Counted from the first letter of the stretch, positions 19,143 to 29,704 are shown. The stretch is 64,000 bases of DNA from Acidimicrobiia bacterium (GCA_041576165.1 JBFGLM010000013.1:27893-91892); one strand, 5' to 3'. Translations and numbers: made by a program. The notes: generated from the letters alone by a model not told the origin.

Positions 19143-20363
19143 TCAGGCGCCGCCGGCTTCGCGCAGCGCCACGGTGGTGCCGGACAGCGCCTGTTCGAAC
19201 GACGAGGCCGGCACGAGGACATGCGCCTGGAGCTGGCCGACGTCAACCGTGTAGTTCTCGACCGGGATATTGACCCGTTCGACCCTGCTCAGGTCGATGT
19301 TGCGGTTGTCCCACATGGTGTCGATCAATCCGGCGAAGTCGAGGCCCTCGTCGACGGTTACCGAATCCTGCAGCTTGTCGACGACGGAGGAGAATGCTGT
19401 CAGAGAGTTGAAGGACGTCAGTTTGGAAGCAATGTCCAACAGCACGTTCTGCTGGCGCTCTTGACGCGAGAAATCGCTGACGCCGTCCATGAGCTGCCAC
19501 CGCCCGTCCACCAACTCCTGCGTGCGTCGGGAGCGGACCCAGGCAAGCACCGTTTCCCCGTCCGCCATTGTGCATCCGGCGTCGAGCTGAAGAAGGGCTC
19601 TGCTGTCCCGTACCGGGTTCTCCACGCAGATCTCATAGCCGCCCACCGTGTCAACCACCTCGGCGAAGCCGGCGAAATCAACGATGGCAAAGTGATCGAC
19701 CGGAATGCCGGTGAAGTCCTCGACCATCAGTCCGAGCAGCTCCGGTCCGTTCGCGAACTCTCCGCACCCGTTGAGAGCCGCGTTCAGACGGGTGTTGGTT
19801 CTCGTGCAGGGGTTCGGGAGGTATAGGTCACGTGGCAGGGACACCATGACCGGGTCACCGCCGGCTGTTGGGCGCAACACATAGATGATCACGTCCGCCA
19901 GCGAACCCGACAGGTCGCTGCCGATCAGCAGGTACGCGTCGAACACGGAGTCATCGATGGAACTCGAAGTCGCGAAAGGCACCTCAAATCCGCTCGTGAT
20001 TTCCCGATCTGACAGGGCACTGCGCGCCCCGCCCAGCAGATCCTGATCGTCGATGATCGGGATATCGCCGGAGGCGAGTTCGGCCTCCAGCGCGGCGGTC
20101 TCCGCCGCTTCTACTTCGGCATGGAACTGCTCCGCTTGTTCGGGCGCAACGGACTCCAGCCGGTCGCGGGCCTGGCTGCCGTCGAACGGAACCCGCTCGA
20201 TACCGCTGAGTGAGCGCCATGCAACGAATACGCCAATACCTGCGACGGCGGCAATGACGATTATCGCCCACAGCACTGCGCGGATCATCACCGACCGGCG
20301 CCGGGCCTCTTTCCTCGACGGTTTTTCGTCGAGCAGTGTCGTCGATTCGCGAGCGTCGTTCAT
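19143..20363 (-). CDS. LCP (LytR-CpsA-Psr) family protein
   Basis: N-terminal TM; LLIGSD, SLPRD, VRSR, DFSRQERQQ. Confidence 0.88.
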   Translation of the reverse strand: MNDARESTTLLDEKPSRKEARRRSVMIRAVLWAIIVIAAVAGIGVFVAWRSLSGIERVPFDGSQARDRLESVAPEQAEQFHAEVEAAETAALEAELASGDIPIIDDQDLLGGARSALSDREITSGFEVPFATSSSIDDSVFDAYLLIGSDLSGSLADVIIYVLRPTAGGDPVMVSLPRDLYLPNPCTRTNTRLNAALNGCGEFANGPELLGLMVEDFTGIPVDHFAIVDFAGFAEVVDTVGGYEICVENPVRDSRALLQLDAGCTMADGETVLAWVRSRRTQELVDGRWQLMDGVSDFSRQERQQNVLLDIASKLTSFNSLTAFSSVVDKLQDSVTVDEGLDFAGLIDTMWDNRNIDLSRVERVNIPVENYTVDVGQLQAHVLVPASSFEQALSGTTVALREAGGA

Positions 20364-20535
20364 GGTGAGCCAGACGGCATGCTACGTGTGTTGCGTTCGT
20401 ACCCGATGAGAACCCTGTAAAGGTCGACCGGTCTGTGAGTCCCTGAGTGGTGGAGGCACGGATCGGTTCTTCGGATACGGTGATTCGCCGGTTTCGTCCT
20501 CTCGTACTCTGATCCTCCCGCAGGAGGCGACCTGA

Positions 20536-20940
20536 TCAGTTTCCGTCGGGCCGGAAAACCGTCCCATCGAATGATGCCAGGATCCGGCCGTCCGAGCGAA
20601 CGACTGGAATCCGATAGGTTGCCAGTCGACGGCTGTCGGCTACCTCATGAGCTTCTGCCGTCAACGTATCCCCGACCCTACCTTTCGCGCTCAGCACGAT
20701 GTGTGCGTCTACCGCCAGCGCGCTACGACCGAAACCATTCGAGGCGAGGGCAAGCGCAGTATCGGCAAGCGTGAAGACGATGCCCCCGTGGACGATCCCC
20801 ACGAAATTCAGATGTTCGGGCCTCACCGTCATGAGCAGCGCCACTACCGCGCCCGGGGAAGCCTTGACCCGTTGGATGCCCAACAGGTTCGCTACGGGGT
20901 CTTGTGCCAGCAGTACGTCGATCGAGTCGGACCGGGTCAT
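20536..20940 (-). CDS. PaaI/PaaD-like hot-dog thioesterase
   Basis: HLNFVGIVHGGIVFTLAD. Confidence 0.85.
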   Translation of the reverse strand: MTRSDSIDVLLAQDPVANLLGIQRVKASPGAVVALLMTVRPEHLNFVGIVHGGIVFTLADTALALASNGFGRSALAVDAHIVLSAKGRVGDTLTAEAHEVADSRRLATYRIPVVRSDGRILASFDGTVFRPDGN

Positions 20941-20962
20941 CACCAGACGGTACCCTGCGTCC

Positions 20963-21592
20963 ATGCATCCGGTCGAAGCGACGACGGCAGTAGGTGCGCG
21001 ATGGATGGTCGCCGGGTTGGCGATTTCGCCTGCTCTCCTCGCCGTGGACGTCCCCCTCCTCGTCGGTTTCACGGCTCATCTCGCGGCGCTTGTTGCGTTC
21101 GGACTCGGGCTCGCTCATGCGCTCGCTCCCCGCTCGGACGAAGCTTGGTTCTCCTCGCTCCGTTATCCGGGTGTGGCCCAGCTCGCTTCGGCGGCGGCGG
21201 TCGTGATCATCGTGACGGGGGTGGTGGGGCTGGTGACGCTGGCATCTTCCGCTGCGCTCCGCTTCCACCCTTCCACCCAGTTCCTGCAGCTGATCTCGGC
21301 GCTCGACATCGCCTGGGCGACGACTGCGGTGTTGCTCGGCGTCCGCTGGGCTCGCTCACGAAGACTGGCCACGTGGGCGGCGTCCGCGCTCGGGATCGTC
21401 TGCGTATGGTCGATTTGGCGGTACCTCGTAAATGTGGGGTTTGGACCGGACGGAGAGTGGCTGGTCACGCGGGCCGCCCTGTTCGAATACGTCCTACCAT
21501 TCGATGTGGCGGCAGCATTCCTTGCGGTCGGCGCCGTAGTGGCCGGGATTCGGCGCCGTCAGGCCACTTGGCAGCCCAGCGCCCAGTCGTAG
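20963..21592 (+). CDS. Hypothetical integral membrane protein
   Basis: About 6 hydrophobic segments; TACCCT hexamer 6 nt before ATG. Confidence 0.7.
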   Translation: MHPVEATTAVGARWMVAGLAISPALLAVDVPLLVGFTAHLAALVAFGLGLAHALAPRSDEAWFSSLRYPGVAQLASAAAVVIIVTGVVGLVTLASSAALRFHPSTQFLQLISALDIAWATTAVLLGVRWARSRRLATWAASALGIVCVWSIWRYLVNVGFGPDGEWLVTRAALFEYVLPFDVAAAFLAVGAVVAGIRRRQATWQPSAQS

Positions 21593-22347
21593 TTCTGAAA
21601 CACGACCCGGGGCCGATCCGCCACCACATATCGGGCGAGATCGTCCGGCATCCAGCGCGTCAACGCAACAGCGACCCGACGGCGTCGGGCTGGCAGCCAC
21701 GTGGGCATTCGATGCGGTCGCACGAAATCCGCCCCGTACCAGAGGAAGATCCGCGATAGCTCCAGGACATGGTTGGGGCGGTCGGCGACTGCAGCTCCCG
21801 CAGCCAGGAACCGGCGCATCTGGTCCTCGAGCTCCTGGTCGATCCCCGAACCTGTGAAGGGTGTGCGCCGCAACGTCGGGCACGACAGCGACCCACACAC
21901 CAGGGCCGCGTGAATGCGGGGATCGCCAAACCGCCGGATCTTGCCGTGCTCGATGTCCGTCAGCGACAGCGACTCTCCCGCTACCGAGATCTCGCGACGC
22001 TCGAAGGCGCCGGGGATCCGCAACACCGACGATGCGCCAACCCGAAACGCATCAGCTGCCAGCCGGATCGCTGCAGCGTTGTAGAGGTTGATCCAATATG
22101 CCAGCGCCGCCCCCCGGTGGAGTTGGTGCGGCTCGATCTCGCTCAGGAGCTTGATGTACCCAGCCGGCTCGGCTTCATCTATCTGTCCGAGCGCATCGGG
22201 CCCGCTCAGCCGTTCGAGAACCGGCGCGAACAGGGAGTGATCCACATCGGCTGTTCCTACCGGCCGAGGCCGGGCGACCCGCCGGGATCTCCACACCGAC
22301 CAGGCTGCGCGGATGGGATTCGGGCCCGCAACTTGAGACTCTGCCAT
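21559..22347 (-). CDS. DUF547 domain protein
   Basis: AYWINLYNA, SLTDIEH, DPRIHAALVCGSLSCP, LSRIFLWY, YDW. Confidence 0.88.
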   Translation of the reverse strand: MAESQVAGPNPIRAAWSVWRSRRVARPRPVGTADVDHSLFAPVLERLSGPDALGQIDEAEPAGYIKLLSEIEPHQLHRGAALAYWINLYNAAAIRLAADAFRVGASSVLRIPGAFERREISVAGESLSLTDIEHGKIRRFGDPRIHAALVCGSLSCPTLRRTPFTGSGIDQELEDQMRRFLAAGAAVADRPNHVLELSRIFLWYGADFVRPHRMPTWLPARRRRVAVALTRWMPDDLARYVVADRPRVVFQNYDWALGCQVA

Positions 22348-22440
22348 CGCCCTCACCCAACGCGCCGGGACCGCTGGTTGTTCCGCCGGGGCCGGCCGAG
22401 CGCACTGCTGACAGATCGTGCGGTCGCCTAGCCTGATTGG

Positions 22441-23022
22441 ATGAGGATGAGCATCGCGTGGGCTGTAGTGATGCTGGTAGCCGCCGCCTGTGGAGCAAGC
22501 GAGGCCGCTCCCGATACCATCCCGGCCTCCGCAGCCGCGGCCCTCGTGCCCGGCACCCTGCCCGAGGCGGATGTTGCCACGTACGAGGCCGCCAGCCTCG
22601 GATTCACCATCGACCATCCCATCGACTGGGATGTCGAAGAAGATCCGGACCTCGGGATCGTGTCTTTCTACGGGCGCCTCGTGCCGGGTGACAGATTCGT
22701 CGAGAATTACAACGTCGCCGTGGTCGAGCTCGTTGACGAGATGGATCTGGAGACGTTCACCGAGCTGGACGCCGTACGGCTGGCGGTCAGCGTCGAGGGT
22801 TACGAGGCGGTCAGTGGGGGCGAAACGACACTCGACGGTGTTCCGGCGGTGACAGTGGTGTTCGACGGAACCACCTCGGATGTCGCATTGCGGTTTTACC
22901 GGCTTGTCGCCGTCCGCAACGCCAAGGCCTTCGAGTTCACGTTCGCGGCCAGCCGGGCTGAGTTTCAGAACTTCTTGCCGGTAATCGACCAGATGCTCGC
23001 CGGTTTCCGATTCCGTGATTGA
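22441..23022 (+). CDS. PsbP/DcrB-like lipoprotein
   Basis: Lipobox AAAC; GFTIDHPIDW, ENYNV, terminal FRF. Confidence 0.65.
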   Translation: MRMSIAWAVVMLVAAACGASEAAPDTIPASAAAALVPGTLPEADVATYEAASLGFTIDHPIDWDVEEDPDLGIVSFYGRLVPGDRFVENYNVAVVELVDEMDLETFTELDAVRLAVSVEGYEAVSGGETTLDGVPAVTVVFDGTTSDVALRFYRLVAVRNAKAFEFTFAASRAEFQNFLPVIDQMLAGFRFRD

Positions 23023-23153
23023 TCCGCTTCGCCGTCGCCGCCCCGTCGGGTTGGTGGTGCCGGCCGCTCATCCCTCCCCTTGGCGTAACCCACCGCTACC
23101 CCTAACCTGCCCGGCGGCGGAGAGTCATCTGGTCCTGTACGCGGGAGAGATCC

Positions 23154-24866
23154 ATGCGAACTGTCACACTCACTGCCGTTTCCGTCCTTCTCACGGTGCT
23201 GCTGGGCGCTGCCACCTTGACCGCGGGTGCCGCCGGCCTGCCACCCGGTGGCACCTTCTGGGACGACAACGGCAACACTCACGAGGGCTTCATCGAAGCA
23301 ATCGCCGCCATCGGCGTGACTCAGGGGTGCGACGACAACGGCCGCTATTGCCCGCGGACGTTCGTTACGCGGGAACAAATGGCAACGTTCCTGGCTCGCG
23401 GTCTGGGTCTCAGCCCGATCGCCAGCGGGCCCTTCAGCGACGTGGTCGGCACCCATGCCGGCAACGTGAACGCAATTGCCAGCGCCGGAATCAGTCTGGG
23501 CTGCAATCCTGCGGGCACGCTGTTCTGCCCCACCGATCCGGTCCGCAGGGACCAGATGGCGTCGTTCCTCGCCCGGGCCCTCGACAATCTGGATCCGGCT
23601 ACGGGCGACGCCTTCACCGACGACGAAGGAAACGTCCACGAGGACAACATCAATATCGTGGCCGCCAACGGGATCTCGCTCGGCTGCGACGACACCGGAA
23701 CCCTGTACTGCCCGCTCAGCATCGTGCTGCGCGACCAGATGGCATCGTTCCTGGGCCGGGCGCTCGACCTCACAGAAGTGGCGGTTCCACCCGCGTCTGA
23801 CCCGGGCACCCAGCTCATCGCGTCCGGGTTGAGCGGTCCGCTGCTGGTGACCTCCCCGCCCGGTGACGGCCGGCTCTTCATCGTGGAGAAGGGTGGGTTC
23901 ATATCGGTGGTCGAGAACGGGACGCTGCGATCTACCAAGTTTCTCAACATCAGCTCACTCGTGTCCAAGGGCTCAGAACAAGGCCTGCTGGGCATGGCCT
24001 TTCATCCGGCGTACAGCTCTAACGGACTCTTCTACGTCAGCTATACCGACACGTCCGGCGACTCCCGGATCGTTGCGTACTCGGTGTCGGGTGACCCCAA
24101 CGTGGCCGACCCCAACAGCGGCTCGACGGTGCTGATCGTCGACCAGCCGGCCACCAACCACAACGGCGGCCACATCGCGTTCGGCGAGGACGGGTACCTC
24201 TTCTTCGGTCTCGGCGATGGGGGTGGCCGTGGCGACCCCAACAACCACGGGGAGAAACCCACGACCCTGCTCGGTTCGATGCTGCGGATCGACGTCGACG
24301 GCGATGACTTCCCCAACGATTCCACCCGCAACTACGCGATTCCTCCCGGCAACCCGTTCGACGGGACTACATCGGGCGCCGACGAGGTGTGGGCCTATGG
24401 ACTGCGTAATCCATGGCGCTGGTCGTTCGATCAGGTCGACGACAACCTGTACATCGCCGACGTCGGCCAGAATTCCTGGGAAGAGGTCAACGTGGCGCCC
24501 GCGGCCGAATCCGCAGTGAACTACGGGTGGGACATCCTCGAAGGCACACATTGCTTCGAGCCGTCTTCGGGGTGCAGCAGCCTTGGCACCTGGCTGCCAT
24601 CGATCGAATACTCACACAACCAGGGCAGGTCGGTGACAGGCGGCTACGTGTACCGGGGGGCAGCCATGTCCGACCTCAACGGTGTGTATTTCTACGGCGA
24701 CGCCAGCTCGGGGTGGGTGCGCAGCTTCCGCTACGTCGACGGAAGGGTATTCGACCAGCGACTTTGGTCCGGTCTCGGAGTCGGCGGCGTCTGGTCATTC
24801 GGGCAGGACGCAGCCGGAGAGTTGTATATCACCACTTCGTCGTCGGTGTACAAGATCGTGCCCTGA
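23154..24866 (+). CDS. SLH-domain plus PQQ-dependent glucose/sorbosone dehydrogenase
   Basis: Three SLH-like repeats (TREQMATFL, RRDQMASFL, LRDQMASFL), then EQGLLGMAFHP, HNGG, GLRNPWR. Confidence 0.88.
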   Translation: MRTVTLTAVSVLLTVLLGAATLTAGAAGLPPGGTFWDDNGNTHEGFIEAIAAIGVTQGCDDNGRYCPRTFVTREQMATFLARGLGLSPIASGPFSDVVGTHAGNVNAIASAGISLGCNPAGTLFCPTDPVRRDQMASFLARALDNLDPATGDAFTDDEGNVHEDNINIVAANGISLGCDDTGTLYCPLSIVLRDQMASFLGRALDLTEVAVPPASDPGTQLIASGLSGPLLVTSPPGDGRLFIVEKGGFISVVENGTLRSTKFLNISSLVSKGSEQGLLGMAFHPAYSSNGLFYVSYTDTSGDSRIVAYSVSGDPNVADPNSGSTVLIVDQPATNHNGGHIAFGEDGYLFFGLGDGGGRGDPNNHGEKPTTLLGSMLRIDVDGDDFPNDSTRNYAIPPGNPFDGTTSGADEVWAYGLRNPWRWSFDQVDDNLYIADVGQNSWEEVNVAPAAESAVNYGWDILEGTHCFEPSSGCSSLGTWLPSIEYSHNQGRSVTGGYVYRGAAMSDLNGVYFYGDASSGWVRSFRYVDGRVFDQRLWSGLGVGGVWSFGQDAAGELYITTSSSVYKIVP

Positions 24867-24965
24867 CCACGTCTGGATCTCGATCGGACTGCCAGGACGA
24901 CCCGATCCGTGGTAATGCGGGAGGAACCGCGGAAGCGCCGTCGAGCGGAACTACCATGCGCGCCC

Positions 24966-25838
24966 GTGCTGGCGCTGAAACATCTCTCGTCCGGCAAGGT
25001 GCGGGACATCTATGAAATCGACTCCGATCGGCTGCTGCTCGTGGCGTCCGACCGGATCTCGGCTTATGACGTGATCATGTCGCAGCCCATCCCTGACAAG
25101 GGCCGCGTGCTGACCGGGCTGTCGCTCCACTGGTTCGACCTGGTGAAGCATCCGAATCATCTGCTCACGACGGATCTGGACGGCATCCGCGGCCTGCCCG
25201 CCGCCCCACAAGAGCTGCGGGGCCGGTCGATGGTGGTCCGCCGGGCGGAGGTGATCCCCGTGGAGTGCGTGGTGCGCGGGTACCTGTACGGATCGGCCTG
25301 GCGAGAATACGCCGCCGGCGGTGGACCTTCGACCGGACATCTGCCACCCGGGCTCGAGCTCGGCTCCAAGCTGGGCCGGCCGGTGTTCACGCCGGCCACC
25401 AAAGCCACCTCCGGCCACGACCAAAACCTGTCGGAACTAGAAGCCCGCGCCGCGCTCGGGGACGACCTGTACGAGGAGTTGCAGGCGCGGTCGCTCGAGA
25501 TATACACAACTGCCGCCGACTACGCCGCCGAGCGCGAGGTGCTGCTGGCCGACACCAAGTTCGAGTTCGGGTGGATCGACGGACAGATCACGTTGATCGA
25601 CGAGGTACTCACCCCAGATTCGTCCCGCTACTGGCCGGCCGCACAGTATGCGCCGGGACGGGTGATGCCATCCTACGACAAGCAGTATCTGCGGGACTGG
25701 CTGGATGCGACCGGCTGGGACCACTCGCCGCCGCCCCCGAATCTCCCGCCTGAGGTGATCGCCGGGACCCGGGCGCGGTACGTGGAAGCCTTCGAGGTCA
25801 TGACCGGTACGAGTTTCGCTACCTATTTGGGGGTTTGA
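24966..25838 (+). CDS. purC: SAICAR synthase
   Basis: SGKVRDIY, SDRISAYD, ECVVRGYL, DTKFEFG, DEVLTPDSSRYW. Confidence 0.96.
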   Translation: MLALKHLSSGKVRDIYEIDSDRLLLVASDRISAYDVIMSQPIPDKGRVLTGLSLHWFDLVKHPNHLLTTDLDGIRGLPAAPQELRGRSMVVRRAEVIPVECVVRGYLYGSAWREYAAGGGPSTGHLPPGLELGSKLGRPVFTPATKATSGHDQNLSELEARAALGDDLYEELQARSLEIYTTAADYAAEREVLLADTKFEFGWIDGQITLIDEVLTPDSSRYWPAAQYAPGRVMPSYDKQYLRDWLDATGWDHSPPPPNLPPEVIAGTRARYVEAFEVMTGTSFATYLGV

Positions 25839-26086
25839 TGAAGGTTCGAGTGACGATCACCCGCCGGGAACAGATCGCTGATCCGCAAGGAGCCGCCGTG
25901 GCCCGGGGGCTACGCGACCTGGGTTACACAGAGGTGGCGGCGGTCAGAGTCGACCGCATCGTCGATCTCGAAATCGATGGCACGGATCCGTCGGCCGTCG
26001 AGGCTCGCGTCGCCGAAATGTGCCGGCGGCTGCTGGCCAATCCGGTGATGGAAGATTTCGAGATCACCATGGGGGCGCCGGCATGA
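25838..26086 (+). CDS. purS: FGAM synthase subunit PurS
   Basis: DPQG, LLANPVME; translationally coupled to purC. Confidence 0.95.
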   Translation: MKVRVTITRREQIADPQGAAVARGLRDLGYTEVAAVRVDRIVDLEIDGTDPSAVEARVAEMCRRLLANPVMEDFEITMGAPA

Positions 26087-26778
26087 GGGCTGCAGTCGTG
26101 GTCTTTCCCGGCACCAACTGCGAACACGACGTGGTGTACGCCCTTCGGGCCCTCGGCGCCGAAGCTGAACTCGTCTGGCACCGGGACACAGACCTGTCCG
26201 GTGCCCAGGGGGTTGTTCTCCCGGGCGGGTTCGCGCACGGTGATTACCTGCGGACCGGCGCCATCGCCCGCTTCTCACCGGTGATGTCCGAGGTTGCTCG
26301 TTTTGCTCACGAAGGCCGCCCGGTGCTGGGGATCTGCAACGGGTTTCAGATTCTGTGCGAGGCGGGCCTGCTGCCCGGTGTTCTGCTCCAGAACAACGGC
26401 TTGAGATTCATATGCCGCCCCGTTCATCTGCGGGTCGAGTCGACCGAGTCGGTGCTCACACGGGCGGCCACCGCCGGTCGGGTGCTCCGTATCCCGCTCA
26501 ACTCTTACGAGGGGAACTACACGGCGCCGGCGGATGACTTCGCCGCGCTGGAAGCCGGCGGCAGGATCATCTTGCGCTATGCCGATCCGGATGGGCACGT
26601 CGACACGACCACGAATCCGAATGGTTCGATGGGCAATGCCGCGGGGATCACCAATGACGCGGGCAACGTAGCGGGTTTGATGCCCCACCCCGAACGGGCG
26701 ATTGAAGGCATTCTCGGTTCGGACGACGGCACGGTGCTGCTCGAGTCGTTCGTGGCCAGTGTCCCGGCGGGAGTCTGA
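26083..26778 (+). CDS. purQ: FGAM synthase glutaminase subunit PurQ
   Basis: FPGTNC, PGGF, GICNGFQ, MPHPER. Confidence 0.96.
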   Translation: MRAAVVVFPGTNCEHDVVYALRALGAEAELVWHRDTDLSGAQGVVLPGGFAHGDYLRTGAIARFSPVMSEVARFAHEGRPVLGICNGFQILCEAGLLPGVLLQNNGLRFICRPVHLRVESTESVLTRAATAGRVLRIPLNSYEGNYTAPADDFAALEAGGRIILRYADPDGHVDTTTNPNGSMGNAAGITNDAGNVAGLMPHPERAIEGILGSDDGTVLLESFVASVPAGV

Positions 26779-26782
26779 GCAG

Positions 26783-28930
26783 ATGGCGGCAACGATGTAC
26801 GAAACGCTCGGTATGAGCACCTCCGAGTACGAAAGCCTCTGCGACATCCTCGGGCGCCCGCCCCGCCCGGCCGAACTGGCGATGTATTCGGTGATGTGGT
26901 CGGAGCATTGCTCCTACAAGTCCTCCCGCAAACACCTTGGCCGGTTCCCGTCCGACGCCCCCTGGGTGGTGGTGGGACCTGGAGAGAATGCCGGCGTGGT
27001 GGATCTTGGTGATGGCTGGCTGGCGGCGCTGCGGATCGAGTCGCACAACCATCCGTCGTTCGTCGAGCCTCACCAAGGAGCCGCAACCGGTGTCGGCGGC
27101 ATCCTGCGCGACATCTTCACGATGGGCGCCCGCCCGATCGCGCTGTGGGACCAGATCCGCTTCGGGCCGCTCGACGAGCCGCACAACCGCTACCTGTTCT
27201 CCGGGGTGGTGTCGGGCGTGGCCGGCTACGGCAACGCGGTCGGCGTGCCGACGGTCGGCGGCGAGGTGGCCTTCGAGGATTGTTATTCGAGGAATCCACT
27301 GGTCAACGTGATGTGCCTCGGCATCTTGCACCGGGACCAGCTGGTGCTGGGTACTGCCGGCACTCCCGGCACGGCTGCGGTCCTGCTCGGTGCGGCGACC
27401 GGACGCGACGGGATCGGGGGTGCCTCCGTTCTCGCGTCGGCCGGGTTCGATGCGGCGAGCAGCGACAAACGCCCCTCGGTCCAGGTGGGAGATCCCTTCG
27501 AGGAGAAGAAATTGATCGAAGCGTGCCTCGAGATGTACCGATCAGACCTGGTGGTTGGTGTGCAGGATCTGGGAGCGGCCGGCCTGAGCTGCGCAACGTC
27601 GGAACCGGCCGGACGTGCCGGCACCGGCATGGACGTCGACCTCGACGCGGTTCCGGTCCGCGAATCCGACATGACCGCCCCGGAGCTGCTCATGTCCGAA
27701 TCTCAGGAACGGATGATGGCGTTCGTCGATCCTGCCAAGCTGGCTCAGGTCCTGGAGGTGGCGGCCCGCTGGGAGGTAGATGCGGCAGTAGTCGGCACTG
27801 TGACCGCTGGCAATACATTGCGGGTCACCCACAACGGTGAGCTGGTGGCCGAGGTGCCGGCGAATACCCTGGCCGATGCCGCACCCCTCTACGACCGACC
27901 CGCGGCCCGGCCCGACTGGCTGGATGCGGCGTGGGCCAGCCCCGGGCCGCCACCACCGGACAACGCTGCGGAGGCGCTGCTCGTGCTACTCGACGATCCA
28001 TCCATCGGAGAGGCCGCCTGGGTCTATCAGCAGTACGACCACATGCTGTTCTTGAACACGCTGATCGGCCCCGGCGGCGACGGTACGTTGTTGCGGCTCA
28101 AGGGCACGTCTAAGGGACTGGCCGTCTCGACCGACGGCAACGGGCGCGCCTGCTACCTCGACCCGCGCCGGGGCAGTCAGGCGCTCGTCTACGAGGCAGC
28201 GCTGAACGTTGCGGTCCACGGAGCCAGGCCGTTGGCGGTCGTCGACAACTTGAACTTCGGGAATCCGGAAAAGCCCCAGGTCATGTGGCAGCTGATCGAG
28301 AGCATCGAAGGAATCTCCGAAGCGTGTGAGGCTCTGGATGTTCCGGTGGTCGGCGGCAACGTATCTCTCTACAACGAGACCGAGTCGGACGACATCTACC
28401 CGACGCCCGTAGTGGGGATGCTCGGGCTGGCCGACCCGATTCCGTCGAACCCAGCCGGGATGGACGGAGCCCGGGCCGGCGACGAGCTATGGCTGGTCGG
28501 GCCCGTAGGCGCCACCAACCTGGCTGCGTCGGCATATTCCAAAATCATCGGTGGGACCTTGGGGGGCCGTCCGACCCAGCCCTCGCCGGAGGCTGCCCGG
28601 GCCGCGATTTCCGCCGCCCTCGAGCTGGCCCACGGAAACGTGGCCCACGCGTTGCACGACGTGTCCGACGGTGGGATCGCGGTGGCTGCGGCCGAGATGG
28701 CCATCACGGCCGGAGTGGGCGTCGCAGTGTGGCTCGATGACTGGCGGGAGTACTTCGCCGAGGACCCACACCGTCTGCTGGTTGCCGCGCCGCCGGGCGC
28801 TGAGCTGGGAGCCGGGGCGAAGGCAATCGGGCGGTTCGGCGGCGACGAGATCGTGCTCGGGAACAACGTTGTGTCGTTGCAGGCGGCCACCCACGCCTGG
28901 CGCAACGCCCTACCCCGCCGGATGGACTGA
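26783..28930 (+). CDS. purL: FGAM synthase subunit PurL
   Basis: [39 protein letters not shown]. Confidence 0.97.
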   Translation: MAATMYETLGMSTSEYESLCDILGRPPRPAELAMYSVMWSEHCSYKSSRKHLGRFPSDAPWVVVGPGENAGVVDLGDGWLAALRIESHNHPSFVEPHQGAATGVGGILRDIFTMGARPIALWDQIRFGPLDEPHNRYLFSGVVSGVAGYGNAVGVPTVGGEVAFEDCYSRNPLVNVMCLGILHRDQLVLGTAGTPGTAAVLLGAATGRDGIGGASVLASAGFDAASSDKRPSVQVGDPFEEKKLIEACLEMYRSDLVVGVQDLGAAGLSCATSEPAGRAGTGMDVDLDAVPVRESDMTAPELLMSESQERMMAFVDPAKLAQVLEVAARWEVDAAVVGTVTAGNTLRVTHNGELVAEVPANTLADAAPLYDRPAARPDWLDAAWASPGPPPPDNAAEALLVLLDDPSIGEAAWVYQQYDHMLFLNTLIGPGGDGTLLRLKGTSKGLAVSTDGNGRACYLDPRRGSQALVYEAALNVAVHGARPLAVVDNLNFGNPEKPQVMWQLIESIEGISEACEALDVPVVGGNVSLYNETESDDIYPTPVVGMLGLADPIPSNPAGMDGARAGDELWLVGPVGATNLAASAYSKIIGGTLGGRPTQPSPEAARAAISAALELAHGNVAHALHDVSDGGIAVAAAEMAITAGVGVAVWLDDWREYFAEDPHRLLVAAPPGAELGAGAKAIGRFGGDEIVLGNNVVSLQAATHAWRNALPRRMD

Positions 28931-28942
28931 GGTTCGCGCGGC

Positions 28943-28990
28943 AACCTTAGGCTCGGAGGTGCCCTGAGGGGCCCCTCTGGCCGAAAGTTC
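28943..28990. repeat. 48-bp imperfect palindrome, copy 1
   Basis: AACCTTAGGCTCGGAGGTGCCCTGAGGGGCCCCTCTGGCCGAAAGTTC; homologous to 29638-29685. Confidence 0.75.
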
Positions 28991-29056
28991 CCGCCGCCCA
29001 CCGGCTGGAGCACCCAGAGGCCGACAGCGCAGGGCTGACCAAGTACCCTGCCCGGC

Positions 29057-29569
29057 ATGGACCACTGGGACGCAATCACCTCCCGCCGCAACGTGCGGCA
29101 GTTCGCCGACCAACCGATCTCCGACGGAGACCTCCGCAAGATCCTCGAGGCGGGCCGACGGAGCCCTTCAGCCCGCAATAGCCAGCCGTGGGATCTGGTC
29201 GTCGTTCGTGACGAGGGCACACTCGCGGAGCTGGCCGGTGTCTGGCGCGGCGCTTGGATGGTGGCCGATTCAGCCGCAACGGTGGCGATCATCGCGGCAG
29301 AGCCCGATTCCGATCAGCGGGACACCCTCTTCTACGACCTCGGACAGCTGACCATCATGATGATGCTCGCGGCAACCGGCCTCGGCATCGGCTCCGCCCA
29401 CGCCTCGGTCCAGGATCAGGACCTGGCCCGCCGCCTGCTCGGACATCCCAAAGACCGTTTCTGTGCACGGCTCCTGGCGTTCGGGGTGCCCGCCGATGGG
29501 CCGGTGCGGCCCTTGGCGAGGATCGACCGCCGTCCGTTGGAGGACGTCGTTCATTGGGAACGTTGGTAG
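29057..29569 (+). CDS. Nitroreductase family protein
   Basis: RRNVRQF, SPSARNSQPW, ATGLGIGS. Confidence 0.9.
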   Translation: MDHWDAITSRRNVRQFADQPISDGDLRKILEAGRRSPSARNSQPWDLVVVRDEGTLAELAGVWRGAWMVADSAATVAIIAAEPDSDQRDTLFYDLGQLTIMMMLAATGLGIGSAHASVQDQDLARRLLGHPKDRFCARLLAFGVPADGPVRPLARIDRRPLEDVVHWERW

Positions 29570-29637
29570 CACCGGCCGGCCCCAGCAGACAGCGCCCGCA
29601 TGGGCGTAGGCACGACTCAGTGGCGCCGTGCCGCTCG

Positions 29638-29685
29638 AACTTTCGGCTGTGGGGTGCCCTGAGGGGCCCCCGCAGCCTAAGGTTC
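29638..29685. repeat. 48-bp imperfect palindrome, copy 2
   Basis: AACTTTCGGCTGTGGGGTGCCCTGAGGGGCCCCCGCAGCCTAAGGTTC; same length and identical 18-bp core as copy 1. Confidence 0.75.
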
Positions 29686-29704
29686 GCCCGAACCAGGAGG
29701 CCGC

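Noticed and set aside
20490-20515. Hammerhead ribozyme, suggested by minus-strand GAGGACGAAAC
   Set aside because: No CUGANGA core upstream, and stem II is mismatched.
28943-29685. CRISPR array or canonical integron attC sites
   Set aside because: Only two units about 700 bp apart, no cas or intI gene, and no exact RYYYAAC/GTTRRRY ends.
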